The notes under the pieces: model-generated | The model's database searches: none | The model's input: only the letters and a program-made list of their open reading frames with translations | What the model was told of the DNA's origin: nothing | In this document: piece by piece, positions 13,232 through 28,500 of the stretch | Numbering within the stretch: position 1 is the first letter of the stretch | How the letters are laid out: the number at the start of each line of letters is the position of its first letter | Translations under genes and position numbers: made by a program | Origin: Chrysomallon squamiferum | Lineage: Eukaryota; Animalia; Mollusca | NCBI GenBank assembly: GCA_012295275.1 | Contig: CM022679.1 | Span: 14,632,001-14,696,000, forward strand | Reading direction: 5' to 3' | DNA length: 64,000 nt

Positions 13232-16200
13232 ATGGCAGCCTCCGAATCAAAACAAAACAGTTCAGTGGGTGTAAATACGCTCAGTTTGCAGGAAGAATTA
13301 GCTGCTAGCGATCGCAAACATGCAACCACACCAGCGGAAGATGAATGGCCCAAACCTGTTATTTCAGCTCCACAAGCAACAGTGTCACAGCTGCATACAC
13401 GCAATAATAAGAAAAAGGAGAGTAAGTACCTGACCTATAAAATAAATAATCTGCATGATAACCTAACTTTGAGCTACTTCATGTACTTGGTGATATTACT
13501 TTACTTCTTCCTCTTTTTATTTCATTGAAGTTTATGGCAAATTAATGTTTGATACATTAAAAATTAATATTTCAAAAGAAAATGAAAAACTAGAATCAAT
13601 GCATTTTATACAGTTATTTTATTATCAAATTTATAGAGTAACTTTAAAAAGTTGCTGTCAATGTCATTGTCAGTCGACTCATTGTCATTATCAATATCAC
13701 CTGTTGATGATAATGAGTTAAAAATAATATGAGTCACTATTCATTTGGTATATTGGTTAAATTTAACAGTGGCAGAAATAATACTAGATAATTTTTATAC
13801 ATTGACTGTTGACCAGGTGGAAAGTTTATACAGATATATCTGTCCTAGTTTAAAGTATAATAAAAGTATTGTATTTATAAAATATATTGCTTGTGGAAAA
13901 AATGTAAATGGGATTACAATGTTTAAAAAACAAAAACAAAAAAAATAAAAACTCCACTAAAAAACCAACATTTATTTCAGTCTAAAAAACAGAAACTACA
14001 TGATGCCTTATAAGATTATAATTCAGGTGTGTTAATAATTCAGTTTGGTATCTGTAGTGCACACTGACAATATTTTTAAATGATAACAATTAATATATTT
14101 TTAAAATAATAAATAGTGTTAGAGTTTTAAAACAAGACTCATTAATTTAACTAAAACCCATTGCTTAACTAATCAGGCAAGACAAACGACCAACATTAAA
14201 TAAATAGTTTCTTTTTCCAAATAAATAATTTGTATATTCACTTATTTTTATTATAAATAATAATAATATATATTACTTATTTGTTTTAAAATAATTGTTA
14301 ACACAACATATCCTGTTATATATATGTAGTTGTAAATACTACATTCTAACCAAAATGTTTTCTTTCGATGTACAAATTTATTATACATTTATTTTAAATA
14401 ATACAGCAATTTTTTGTTTTGTTTGTTGTTGTTTTTAATTAATAAATTAATTAATTAATCGTCATCATTATCATCATCATCATTATTTAATATATCTCAT
14501 TTCTTCTTGAATTTGAAATAGTAATATTACTCTTTTCCCTTTTCTGAAATCCTGGATTGCCTGTGATCACATTTTACATGACCACTGTTTGTATCATGTG
14601 ATAAATATTGATTTTCTGTAGAAAAAATCTGCTTGGTTTATCCAGAGTTTAACTCACTATAATTCATGCCTGTAGAAATAAAGAGATATATTTAGATATT
14701 CTAGTTTTAAAACAGTTGAGATAGGTTTAGATATTTTGTTTCCAGAGCAATAAATATTTTGCTTATGGCATTTTGATAATAAAGATATTTTGAGAATATA
14801 TATTTTGAAATTTATAATGTCCTATAACAAGAAGTAATTGGCAAAAAAACCCATGTTAAAGCCTTAAAGTAGCTAATCTTATTTGCTAAACATGGAATAT
14901 GGATGGATATATTCTGATTAGTGTGTTATGATGATATATAATATATTTAGACATCAGGATTACCTACAGCTTATTTTTGTAAATTATTCATATCAGTAAT
15001 ATTATTAAGATTCAGTTGTATTTAACTTAGCCATTTTCTGTGATAACATTTCACAGAAACAATAATGTTGTTCCAAAAATACAGTGTGTGTTATGTATAT
15101 ATCTGTCTTTCTTTCTATCCACACACAGACACATACATTTATATCAGTAAAAATAAATAAAACTATCAAAAATACTGCAGTCCTTGTCATCCTAAAACAA
15201 TCATGTGTCATTTAATATGCAGAAATTTCCATTAATATATATATGAATATGGACATTAGACCCAATATTAAAATTAATATGCAAAAAAAACCTCTCTTAT
15301 TTTTGTAAATATTATTATTTTTTTGTGTGTGTGTGTTCATGTAAAATACTTCAATTTATGACTCAGCACTATTTTAAGATATCTTTGAAGATACCACTCT
15401 TTGAAAGAATCAGTTTTTCATTTATTTAAGGAACATTAAAATGTTTAGAAAAGAACTTCATTGTGGGCAGTAATTGACATTTAGCCCCATATAATAACTT
15501 GGCCCATAGACTTGCAGTATTAAAATATGTATTATTTAACACACAAAAGCTGCCATTTTGTTATTTGTTTATTTAATTTTTTATTTTTTGTCCACATAAT
15601 ATTAAATTTACTGTACATTAAAATGAATCAGCAGTATTTTAAGAAAACTGCATTAAAGACATCAGAATTTGTTTTATTCAAAGAGTGTGAAATCCCAGAA
15701 GGCTGTTTAATAAGGGATCAATAGGTCTGCATTAAAAGAATGTTGGCAGCCAGTGGCAGGCAGCAGCATAGAGTACCACATTAACATAATAGCATCACTA
15801 TGCTTTATGGCTTGTCTCCAGCTAATCAATAATCTTTCCGGAATTTTCCTGCATTGAACAACATTGGATAATATCTTCATTCATCTGGAATTTCTGTTGT
15901 TTAGCTGAAAAAAGTCTCTGTTCTATGTTTAAAAGAAAAAAAAACCCACATTTTTCCTTCAGCTCTATTCTCTGTAGATAAATAATGTAGACTTCTGCTC
16001 TACCTGGCAGACAGCACATTTAGTACTCTTCACGTCTGCTGCCAAATAGTAGCAGACTTGATCTTTTTTTATTTTTTTTATTTCTGCGCTAAATCACTAT
16101 GGAGGAAGAATGGTAAACAAGTGTTGGTGCCATTTTTGATTTTTGCATTCTACTGAAGGCCATGGCTGAGGAAACAATATATTTGTGTAATTTTCGTGTT

Positions 16201-16640
16201 TCTGTTGATGGGGACTGGCTGTGTCTGCGTGAACTTAGAGATGTTCAGCTAGAACGCAATGAGGATGAGATGATCACATCTATTGATGATGGTATGTTTT
16301 GTGTTGGGTCATGGTGACACTCATTAATATGTAATCTGTGCAACTGTCTGCTATCTATTCATGTATTTTTTTGTGTATATTTACTTCTCTTTTATTTTCT
16401 GCTTTCAATATGAATATTCCTTCATTGTCAAGTATAAGATCTATGTTTTAAATTTAATTCCTGAATAAATTAGATGCAGCAGATGAAATTTTAGAAATAC
16501 TAACAACAATGGTTATGTCACTTAGTTTATAAGCAGTATAACTATTATGCTGTGTGAATTCTGACCTTTAATTATTGCAGATATAAATTAGTAGGTTTAC
16601 TTATATGTTTAGGCTCATGCTATACTTTGTTTTCCCTTGT

Positions 16641-16673
<33 letters not shown>

Positions 16674-17614
16674 TCTTTACACCCTGCTGGATTCTTATTT
16701 AGTCTGTCTGTCTTTCTGCATGAATGTCTGCCTGCCATAATAATAATTTGACATTTTGTGTTTTGTATAATACAGAACCAGGTGTTTTAGCAATAGTTAT
16801 AATATATGTCCCTTGGCACTGACAATTCTTTTCATAATAATAATTGTATTATTTCACCTGATTGAATGTTCCAGCAGTCAGTCAGTCAGTCTGTCTTTCT
16901 GCCCATCTGTTTTACCTGACAGCTTTTAACAATAAGAAGTAAAGGTCAAACGTTTCTCTATAAATAATGATATCATTTGTTATTAAGTGCAATGATGATC
17001 AGAATTTTCAGTTTAAAAGTATAAATTTATTTCTAAGGAGTGAAATAAATTAGTATTTGTATCAGGTAGATAGATATCTATATTTAGTATACTTGGAGAA
17101 TTATAAGGTAGTAACAGTTAAACAAAATACACAATGTTTGTACATGTGTGGGTGTGTGAGTGAGAGAGAGAGAGAGAGAAAGAGAAATAAAAATAAAATT
17201 TTCCAAAAGACTGCTGGTCTTGTTTCACATCCATTTCATTTTTATTTTTTTATTTTTTCTATTTATCTCAGGCCCTGGGCATATTTATTATCCTATGTTT
17301 TTCTAATGTTTTTTGCACAGTTTATTATTAAAATTTTTCTTTAATAATTATTTTAATGTGCCTAGCATTGTACATGTTATATGTGTACATTGTAAATGAT
17401 ATTATGACTATTACCTATGACTGCCTTTGCTTAAGCTATGAGTCACTTCATGGATAAATACTTCAGTGATTCATTTTCTTAAATCCATATTATTGTTTAT
17501 AGAGCCTGGGAAAATAACCTGCTTGATCTGTTTTTAGATTCTGTTTTGTTAATGATGTAAACATACATACATACATACATAATCTGCACATTCACTCATA
17601 CATGTATACAAAGT

Positions 17615-17648
<34 letters not shown>

Positions 17649-18313
17649 GCATGAACACTCATATACACTAACAAATTTCCATGCTTCGGTTATACACTGA
17701 ACATAAATATACAACAGAAGACAAATTCATTAGACTTCTAATATAATAAATATGCCAACATTAAATAAATATTCTTAGTTTCCACATCCTGGTTGCATTT
17801 TCATTTAGTTAAAAACCCACACTACTTGGTATACGTTATTTTAAATAACACTCCATACCCCAGTATTTCTATATCATGTGGTTTGAACTCTGTTGTAGAT
17901 GGTGCAAACTGATTTCTTTGATCTGTTAAAGAGTAAGTTAGCCATGTGTGTGTATTTTGAAGATTTTAAGTAGATAGAGGTAGGAAAACCAGAAGTGGCC
18001 ACCTGCTGATAAGTCCTGATTGGCAGTAAAAACTGCTTACCAGATTTCTTTTTAGTCCAGAGAGAGATGCTTCATATCTTCATCTTTTAAACAGGAAGGT
18101 GGTTATTTATGATAGCCTCAAATACAAGGTTATCTGGAAAAAAAGATATGTTCAGTTTTTATATCCTTATATAATAAATGTTGTAATGTAATAATACTAT
18201 ATGTCATTTTTATTTTTAATGTAATAAAAATAAGAAGAAGAAGAAGAAGAAGAAAAAAAAAAAGAAAAAGAATAAGAATAAGAATAAGAATAAGAATAAT
18301 GATAATGATAATG

Positions 18314-18352
<39 letters not shown>

Positions 18353-19789
18353 CCTCAAAACTAGATATGATAATCATTACCACAGCAGATTAATATGATT
18401 TCTAATACTGGATAGCCATTATTATAATAAACATATTAATTTTTGCAGTATATTACAAAATATTTTGGTTCCTCAGTCCCTCACTTTCTCTCTATCTCTA
18501 TTTCTCTTCTCTTCCCTCCTTTCTCTTTCCATCTGCCCTTTTCCTGTCTCAGTCTCCCTTTTTCCTCTCTCTCCTTTTCCCTCTCTTTTCACTCTTTCTA
18601 TCTTTCTCTCTCTGTCTCTCTTCTTTAATTTTGTTGACCAAACCAAATTTTATTTATTGCAATAATGTAAAATGTTAAAATATTTCAAAGTGTTTGAATC
18701 TTTTACTGTATTTTGAATACCTTAATTTAATCATATTAATAATTTCATTTGATGGTTTCTGTTAGAAAAACAGAGCTTTGCAGTTTGCTGGTTACAACAC
18801 TGGTGTGATGCATGGCAGATTACAAGATCAAAACTCCTCAGTGTTCATCTTTACCATTTTTGATTCCAAAAATTAACAAAATAATATTTTTTATTTAAAT
18901 ATTCTATTTTTCTTACATTTTCATAGTCAGTATCTCTACGGATATATTATTATTATCTGGTGAATATTTAAATAAATATTTCTACTAATATTATTGTTAT
19001 TATCTATAGAATATTCATATAAATATTTCTGTTCATATTATTATTGATGTTTTCTGAATATTTAAATAAATATTTCTACTAATATTATTGTTATTTTCTA
19101 TAGAATATTTATATAAATATTTCTGTTCATATTATTACTGATCTTTTCTGAATATTTCTATCTTATACTAAGTTTTTACTCATTATTTTCCAGGACAAGA
19201 TCCAAAAATAATAGAGAGGGCGAATCTTCTGAACGTAGCTAAGCTGATTATTAAAGAACTGATAGACTCATCGCTGGCACACGGCCGCATGCTTGATGAT
19301 GACCACGTCCCACTACAACAGTTTTTTGTCGTTCTGGAACACATCCTTCGACACGGATTGCGACGTGAGATTTATTTAAATTATACATATCTTAATTTTT
19401 CGTTATTTCCACGTTTTAACAATGTATATTGTAGTAGTTTAACATATTCAAGAATAAATTTCTCTCTTTTTTTTCATTTCTTTAAAAAACGAACGTCAGT
19501 GGGTTTATCATCTTTGATTCCTAATTTATTGAAGAAAAACAAATGGTTCAGAAAAGATTTAACAGAACTACCTTTTACAATAAAAAAAAAAATCAAATAT
19601 ATTTAATAATAAAAACTAAAGTATTTCTTTTGTTAAATTTAAAAATGAAAATTATGATACATCACATTCCAATTAAAAGTGCTGTTTTTTTTTCTTTTTC
19701 TTTTTTTTTAAATTTTATTTAGTATACATACATTAATATTTTCTTTTGGATTTTCTTCTTTTTTTAAAATTTAGAGATCTACACACATT

Positions 19790-19832
<43 letters not shown>

Positions 19833-22470
19833 TAAATGTCAATTAAGAGTACAATAAATACCAATTTACATACTTCACATAATTTAAATTCCTCTGCATA
19901 TTAAATATATTTAACAAATATTCAGCATTTCAACATAGATTTACTTCAGCAAATTTTTAAATAATGATCCCTATTTATTTACTACTGTATCCAACACCAT
20001 TTTAGTACAAGTTTCGTGATTTGCTTGTCAAAATAATTATTGATCTCAGTCTTCTTATAAAATATTTCTTTAGCTACAGCTTTATTGAAGTAGAGTTTTT
20101 GAACACACTTTTGAGTGAAAAATGTTTTGTTGACAGCTAAAAAGGGACTGCTGCGAGACAGAAGAGAATTCTGGGTTGTGTTGGAAAACATTGAAAAGTT
20201 TGCACCAGAAGCTGCTGAAATAACCACCAGCGTCAGAGATATGCCACATGTGAAGTATGTTTGATAATAACAATAATAATAACAATAATAATAATAATAA
20301 CTGTAGTAGTAGTAGTAATAGTAGTAGATTTATTAGTAGTTACAGTAGTAGGATAGTACTAGTAGTAAATAGTAGTAGTAATAAAAAAAAAAAAAAGTAG
20401 TAGTAGTAATAATAATAATAATAATAGTAATAGTAGTGGTATTAGTAGTAGTAGTAGTAGTAGTAGAAATTGTAGTATTATTGTAATAATAGTGGTAGCT
20501 GTAGCAGTAGTAATAGTAACTATAATATTAATATTAATAGCATCAGAAGTAGTAGTAATAATAATAATATTAATAGCAGCTGGAGTAATAGAAGTTATAG
20601 CAATAGTAATAATAGTAGTAGTAGTTGTGATGGTTGTTGTAGTCGTAGGTTTAGGCCTATAGATCTTACCTGTTTTTACACCATGAAAAAATAATAATGA
20701 TCTGTTTTCTTTTAGTCATTAATGAAATGTTAATTTTTTATTTCATTTTTAATTTATCATTGCCCAGTTTATATTCAACATTTTTTTTTTTTTTTTTTTT
20801 TTTTTTCAAATTGTTTGAATTTTCTGTTTTCCTGATTTCAAACTATACCAACCAAATGTCACATGATCAATAAGCAAAGGGAGAAGTCTGATACTAACTA
20901 CAAGTTATGTAGCACAGAACCATTTAACTGTAAAAATGTACTTACTAAGCATACACATGAGTCATTCATTTCTGTGATATAAAATGAGGAATATTTGTTA
21001 TGTGCAGTGAATGTAACAAATTCTGAGTAACAGTTAATCTTTAGCATAACAGGCAAAATTAAAAATACTTAACTGGCTGAAACCATTAAGTTGCATTTTA
21101 TTTATTTATACAATATGCAGTTTAAAAATATAATAACAACAACAACAATAATAATAGAAGTAAATTGAATATGCAGATTTTAATAGCTGATAATTTGTTT
21201 ATACAATATGCTGTTTTGTATTTATTAAAAAGAAAACTGTTAATATATCTTCTTTTTTTAATTAAATAGTTATTTAAGTATGCATATGTTATTTGTTCAG
21301 TTTTTTATTTTATTTACTGTTTTAAGTGTGTTTATGCATTTTTTTTATTATTTTATATTTTTTTTAACACTTTTTATTCATCAGTTATTTTGGACATTGT
21401 TAAATTAATAAAACAAACAAAAACAATGGATATTTTATTAAAAATAAATTCATAAAAACAGTAACAATTTTTTTATTGTTATTCATTTAAACAAATACCG
21501 TTTAGAACACATCCCCAAGAAATTAAAAAAAAAAAAAAAAACGACGAAAAACAACAACTTAATTTTACAATTAATTATGTGTTTTAAATTGAAAGTAAAT
21601 TAGACTGGGAGACAAGTCTATGTTTAAAGATAAGACTTGGTCTGATGACCTTTGTGTGTAATTGGTGAAAGGAAGTGTTACAGACAGACTGCTTTGTTGA
21701 GGTGACAAACACAGAATCACTCAGTGGCAGATGTTTTTTGAAGTTCACATCTTTATCAGTTTTTTATCTTTTATTTGTTCTTTTTTTTTTTTTTATTCCT
21801 TTGTTTTTGGGAAGGGCCTGTGGTTTGCATCTACATCTGGTTATTTCGTATAGTATTTTAATTTTAATTTTTTATTACTTATTTTACATCACCATCATTT
21901 ATTTATTTTTATTTTTATTTTTGAATAAAAATCAGAAAATTAAAGTGGAAAATTGATTTCTAATTTTAAAACAATATATTAAACATCTGGGATGGTGGGG
22001 TTTTTTGGGGGGTTTTTGTTGGTTTTTTAACAGAGTTATAATGAATTTAGGTAAATGGCTTACATAAAAATTAATGGGTTCCAATTTTTGGCATGTCTAA
22101 ATAATGTGTATGTTTGTGTGTGTTGGTTATTTTGTATATGTCAGTGTGTTTATGTGTAAAGAGGCCTGTATGTGTATTATAATTATAATACAGAATATAT
22201 CAAACCATTAGTGTGTTTTGTCTTTATGAAATATACATTTACGCTAATGCATCCCACTCTTTTTAATAATTCTGATTTAATTTTAACAGCTATTTTATAT
22301 TAATTTAAATAAAAGATTAGCACTGTTTATTGTTCATTTATTTCAGAACTGCTTTAGGCAGGGCACGAGCCTGGATCCGGCTAGCTCTCATGCAAAAAAC
22401 CCTCGCAGATTACTTCAAACTGCTCATAGAGAAAAAAGATGATCTGCTCAGGTACAGTTATTTATATTTA

Positions 22471-22519
<49 letters not shown>

Positions 22520-25500
22520 TATCATCATTTTTTTTGTTATTCTCATTATTGTCATTTTACTTATTCTCATTATCATTATTATTATTATTATTTTTTATTT
22601 ATTTATTATTATTTTATTATTATTGTTATTATTAAAATTTATATTTTTAGTTGGGTAGTTTGTATTGAGTTCAGACAGTCTGTTGATGAATATTTTCTAT
22701 CAGATGATGTAAAATGTCCTGTACTTAATAGTTAAATATATATATTAACTATTATAGCAGTATCCTTAAAGGCACATTTAGTCCTTTCTGCATCTCACTT
22801 GTTTTAATAGTCAGTGTTTTTTATTTATAAATTCATTTCACCTTGAAAGTTGTAAGTTATAGGCACTCAACTAATAATATCTAAATGTTTTATTGATAAC
22901 AACCTATATTCAAATGGTTGTCTAGTTATAGTAGTGAAATACAGTGATTAAAAACAGCAAATTATCAGTGTTGAAAATATAAATATATTTCTATTCATTG
23001 AATTAAAAAATAATGTTTTAACTTTTTAAATGATATATATAACACATTTTTTCTCATTTTTATTTTATATTTTTGCAATAATATCTCATCGCATCTGTAT
23101 TGAAAGAATATACTTCACTTATCCAATTCAAAACAATTTTTAACCATTATAAATGATGAACATCCCAACTTTTTAAAAATTATTTTTTATTTTTACAGTA
23201 ATATCAAGTTAGATACATAATTAAAATGTGTTATTATTTTTTATTTATTATGAATTATAGACACTCAGTTTAGTCTGTGTATGATCAAGTTCTTATACAA
23301 GTTTATTTTTAAATATTTTAAACAATAAATTCAACAACCTTTAAAACTCTATTTTTTGCAATAAGATCAGGTCAGATTTGTAATTAAAATTTTTCATCTC
23401 ATCAAATCCATAGCTTTGTTTTAACATTTTAAATGATAAACGTAACAATATTTTAATTATTTTTATTTTATTTATTCATATATTAATATTTTTTTAGATA
23501 CTGTGGGCATAATTTATCCTCTGTGTGTCCAAGTATTTTTACAAGTATGAAATACTGGTGTATCTAAAAACTGAGTTTATTTTACAGTGAGTTTTATGAA
23601 CCTGGTGCGTTTCTGATCGAAGATGAGGGAATCGTCATTGCAGGCTTGCTTGTTGGTCTCAACGTCATTGACTGCAACTTCTGCATCAAGGGAGAAGACT
23701 TAGACCAGCCTGTAGGTATCCAACATAATAAGGAAACAAAATTAATTTTATAACTAGAATTTCAACATACTAAGAAATAACACAGCTCTTTGTTTATGTA
23801 TGTATGTATTACAGTTTATAACAAAAGTAAAATAATTTAATTCAATAGAGTAGTCATTCTTAATAGTTTTGAAAATAAAAATAGAAAATCTTAAATTCTT
23901 ATTCTTAAAAGCTTGAACATTCTTTTTATTATTTGGGTAATGTTAAATACTGAAAGAATTAAGATAAAGTGTTTTTATTTTCAGATGGGAGTTATAGATT
24001 TTAGTTTGTACCTGAAAGGTTCTTACGTAGGAGGTACTGATGAACAGGATAGGTAATATATATTAAAAATATTTAGTTTTTACCAATGAGAGCAATGGAT
24101 GACAGTTATTACATGAATTCTGTTATATTTATTGTTATTTTAAAATTAAATCATTACCCATAAAAAGCATCATGCATAGTGAATTTTTTTTAATAACCTT
24201 AAATTTAATTTAGATTTTAATTCAGCTATGTTTATTTATTTATTTATTTATTATTATTTTATTTTTATTTTTTTAATTATTCATTTTATATATTAATATA
24301 TTTTTATTTTATTTATTATTATTATTTCTTTACTTTTTTTTTTTTTTTTTTAAATTTTTTTTTTATTCTTTTGTTTTAATTATTAGTTTTATATATTTAT
24401 ACATTTTTATTTTTTTATCATTATTATTTTTTAACTTTTCTGTTATTTTAAAAAAATGTAAATATTTTATTTTATTTTTATTTCTTATTATTTTTTTATT
24501 TACTTATTTATTTATTTTATATAAAAAAAATTCTAGGCAGGAGTTTGTTTTCTCCTTGGTAAAATGATGTGTTCTGATTTGTTTGTATGTGTAATGTACC
24601 ATAAATTACCTTTTATAATAATTTTACCATTCAGCCCAGAGGGTCAGTCAAAAATGGCCACAATTCTAGATCAGAAGAATTACCTTGAAGAGCTGAACAG
24701 ACATCTGAAGTAAGAAAACAGATAAATTTAAAAATATATTTTAGTGAAAGAAATATTTTATTTTTAGTATCTATTTATTTAATATTATTAAATTATTCTA
24801 ATTTTTATTATTATTATTGTTATTACTATTATTATTATTATTACAAATTATTTGAAAAATAAGAGCTAGTTTGAAGTTTCAAATTTAATGGATTAGAGAT
24901 AAGTATAAAATGTTGAAAGGTATAATTATCACTGAAAATGTGATTTCACAGAAATGAACAAGAAAGATAACCATGGAGTACTTTGTATGTACTTCATGTT
25001 AAATCTGTTAAGTATTGTCTTCTCTCTATCACCAGTACAAAAGATAAAATAAACAGGAATCATTTCTATATTGTATTTTATTATTAAATGTTATTACTAC
25101 CTTCATTTCACAGTGCCACAGTGACCAATCTGCAACAGAAAATGGAACATCTTCAGACAACTAATGCTTTAATGAAGGAAGACCTGGCAATAGCGAAAAA
25201 CACCATTTTTATGCTCCAGGACGAAAATGCAGCTCTGAGAAATGAGAGAGACGATATCACAAAAGACCACACAAAACAGTTAGAGGTAGACTGTCAGAGA
25301 TATTTCACATTTTAATTAATAAAAATTTATTACTACACAAAACACTCAGAGATAGATTGTCAATGGAATATCATATTTAATTAATAAAATTATATTACTA
25401 CAGAAAATAGTTAGAGGTAGACTGTCAGAGATATTTCACATTTTAATTAATAAAACTATATTACTATACAAAACAGTCAGAGATAGATTGTCAGTGCACT

Positions 25501-28500
25501 GTTACATTTTAATTAATAAAACTATATTACTATACAAAACAGTCAGAGATAGATTGTTAATGGCATATTACATTTAATTAATAAAATTATATTACTACAT
25601 AAAACAGAGGTAGATTGTCAGTGGAGTATCACATTTTAATTAATAGAATCTCAATGCCATAAAAAACATTAGGGATAAATAGGTATTATTATATCCTATA
25701 TTTCTATTAATCACAAGAAAGCATTACCAGTAGATATACTTTATTTCATTATCCACATTATTTATTATTTTGATATCCTAGATGAAATTGTAATAAAGAA
25801 ACACGCTTTACTTAGGTGACAAAACAAAGCCCAAACTCAAACTATGTATTCAGTATGCTGTTTTATTTCAGGCAGCAAAAGAGGACATTGATGCTGAAAG
25901 AGAAACTTACGAAACATCTAGAGCAGGACTGGACACAATGTATGCTGAAGCCAAAAAGAAACTTGATGAGGAAACACAACTAAGACTGGTCAGTAATTAA
26001 TCTTTATTGACTTATTAGTTACCTGACTGACCGACTGGTTATCTGATCAATGGTTAGTAATTCATTTTTATTGACTTACTGGTTATGTGAATGACTCACC
26101 TTATTAAATATTGCATATATGTGAGTTTTGGAGTATAATGATGAAATGAAAATATCTATCATTCCGATATTAGTAATAATGTAGCTTTTATATGCAGCCT
26201 GTAATAGACAGGTAAGCACATAACAATGTTGTTCATGGTTAGAACTGGAAATGGCCCTGTAATTATAGTAATGGGCTAGTCAATCAACACAGAAAATTAG
26301 GATAGTTAGTGATAATAAACTGGTTGTTTTATTTGTTTTTTTTTAAATTTATTAATGAAGTCATTTAGCTTGAATTTTCTACAGACTGTGTAAGAAGATC
26401 CATTATAACCAAAACAGATGAACTATTTTCCTGACTTAAATGATTGCAGAAATTAAAATAATGTTTCTTTTTTAATTAATTTATGATTGGTTGGAATTTT
26501 GTATAGTCAATGATATTTAACAAAAAAAAAAAATTTATTTATTTATTTATTTGTTTGTTTTTACATAAACTTTATTATTATTCTTCTTAACCAGCACATT
26601 TGTTTTTCATCTTTTTTAATTCAGGATGTGGAAAGAGAACTTGAGTTACAGATCGGCATGAAGACAGAGATGGAAGTTGCTCTGAGACTGCTGGAACGGG
26701 ATATTCATGAGAAGCAGGACAACATTGTGTCACTAAGGCAACAACTGGCTGAAATCAAGACAATTAACCAAGAGATGTATCATAAACTGCAGGTTTGTGT
26801 GAATCATCTGTAGATATCAGAAATGTAATATTATAGTTCAGTTTCTCTTTAACATTCCAGTAATAAAATATGCGTAGTCTCTGAATTAATACTCATGTAA
26901 TTAATAACTCAAAGACTGAGGTAAAATTGAGATTTAATGAAAAAAATTAAAACACACAAAAAATATAATTTAAAAATATTTCACCTTTTTTCCATTGTTA
27001 AGACAAGATCAGAAGACACTATATGTAATGATCAAAAATCATTCCAGTTGTTATGGTTATTCAGTGATATAGTCAAGCGAGTTATTTCTACCTATATAAA
27101 GTTATTCAAAACCATATCTGACATGAAGTCAGCAAGTTTCATAAACTGCAGAGGCATATTGTGGTGTTTTGTGTTTGTGTATGTTTGTGTCTCTGTGTGT
27201 TTCTGTATTTACTGTGTCATCATAGATGAGTATGTTTCATATTACAAGAAACACACATTCTTGTGTATCTTCTAAACTAAGAAAAAGACCCAACTCAAAA
27301 GTATTTATTGATAAATAAAACAACATATATGTACATACATTACTGAAAACATAAATTGAAACTCACAACTGGAGAATAATCAACACAATTACTAATAGCC
27401 CTAGATGTACAAAACAAATGTTTAAAATCACAGTAACAAGTGCAATATGATACTGTCAACTGTAAGCAAAAACAACCACCAATCAGTGAATTTTATCAGT
27501 TAATTACAAAAGTTCTCTGAAGTCTGTCTGCAATTATATAGACAAGCCCTACACTATGTACAGACAAAAATCACCAAGTGGGGTATTTTGTTGTACTTCA
27601 TCAATGACCCATTATAATGTGATAACCAAGGGAAATAATAGTGTATGTATTGCAGCACTTTGAGTTGTCATTCATAAATGTGTTTGAGTTTTTGAAAGGT
27701 CCTTATTGCCAGTTTATACAATAGCTTACTCAGGACCAGAGTTCTAGTTCAAAAGGTATGGGAGTATAGGAATAAATTGTATGAAATTTATAATCTATTT
27801 AAAACATAAAATGTGTTTTTCTTTTTTAAAAATGATAACTTAACATCAAGGCAAATAGCATGTAAATATAGGGTGCCAACATATATGAACCACAATATTT
27901 TCATATTATTTTAAATCCGAGACAAATTCACAGGTCCATAAACTGAAAAATAAACTGCAATATTACACCACTTTAATAAAACTTTAGTTCTTACAGGTAT
28001 GTCTCACATTTATAGATTATCTTTGTATGTCACATATTCTAGTACTAGTTCTAGCTACATTTTTTCTGAATCCTTCAATGAAGCAGAGTTGACTACTAGA
28101 TTACAATTTGTGTACCTATAGATCTTTTTACCTCTTCCACTCCATGCTTTTGTTTGTCAGAGATGTGTAAATTCTTGTTTGTGGATCAGTTCTTAAAAAG
28201 AACCCTTGCTCTTATTCAGTAATAAGAGAATTTCAGAAATGACTTTCTTGATAATGATCTAAATTTGTTTTTTGCCTGAAATTCTGTTATTCAGAATGTC
28301 CAGTCTACAGGTACATGACAAACATTTTAAGTAAAAGAAAACAAGAATATCAAAAAATTATAACAACACCAAAATTCAAGAATTTAAAAGTTTTATTTTG
28401 TTAAAAATTGTATGAGGTTTCATTCACAGCATTTGCATCTTTCAGTTTCATGAACAATATCTGGAATATGTTTAACAACTTATTTCTATTTTTTAAGTTT

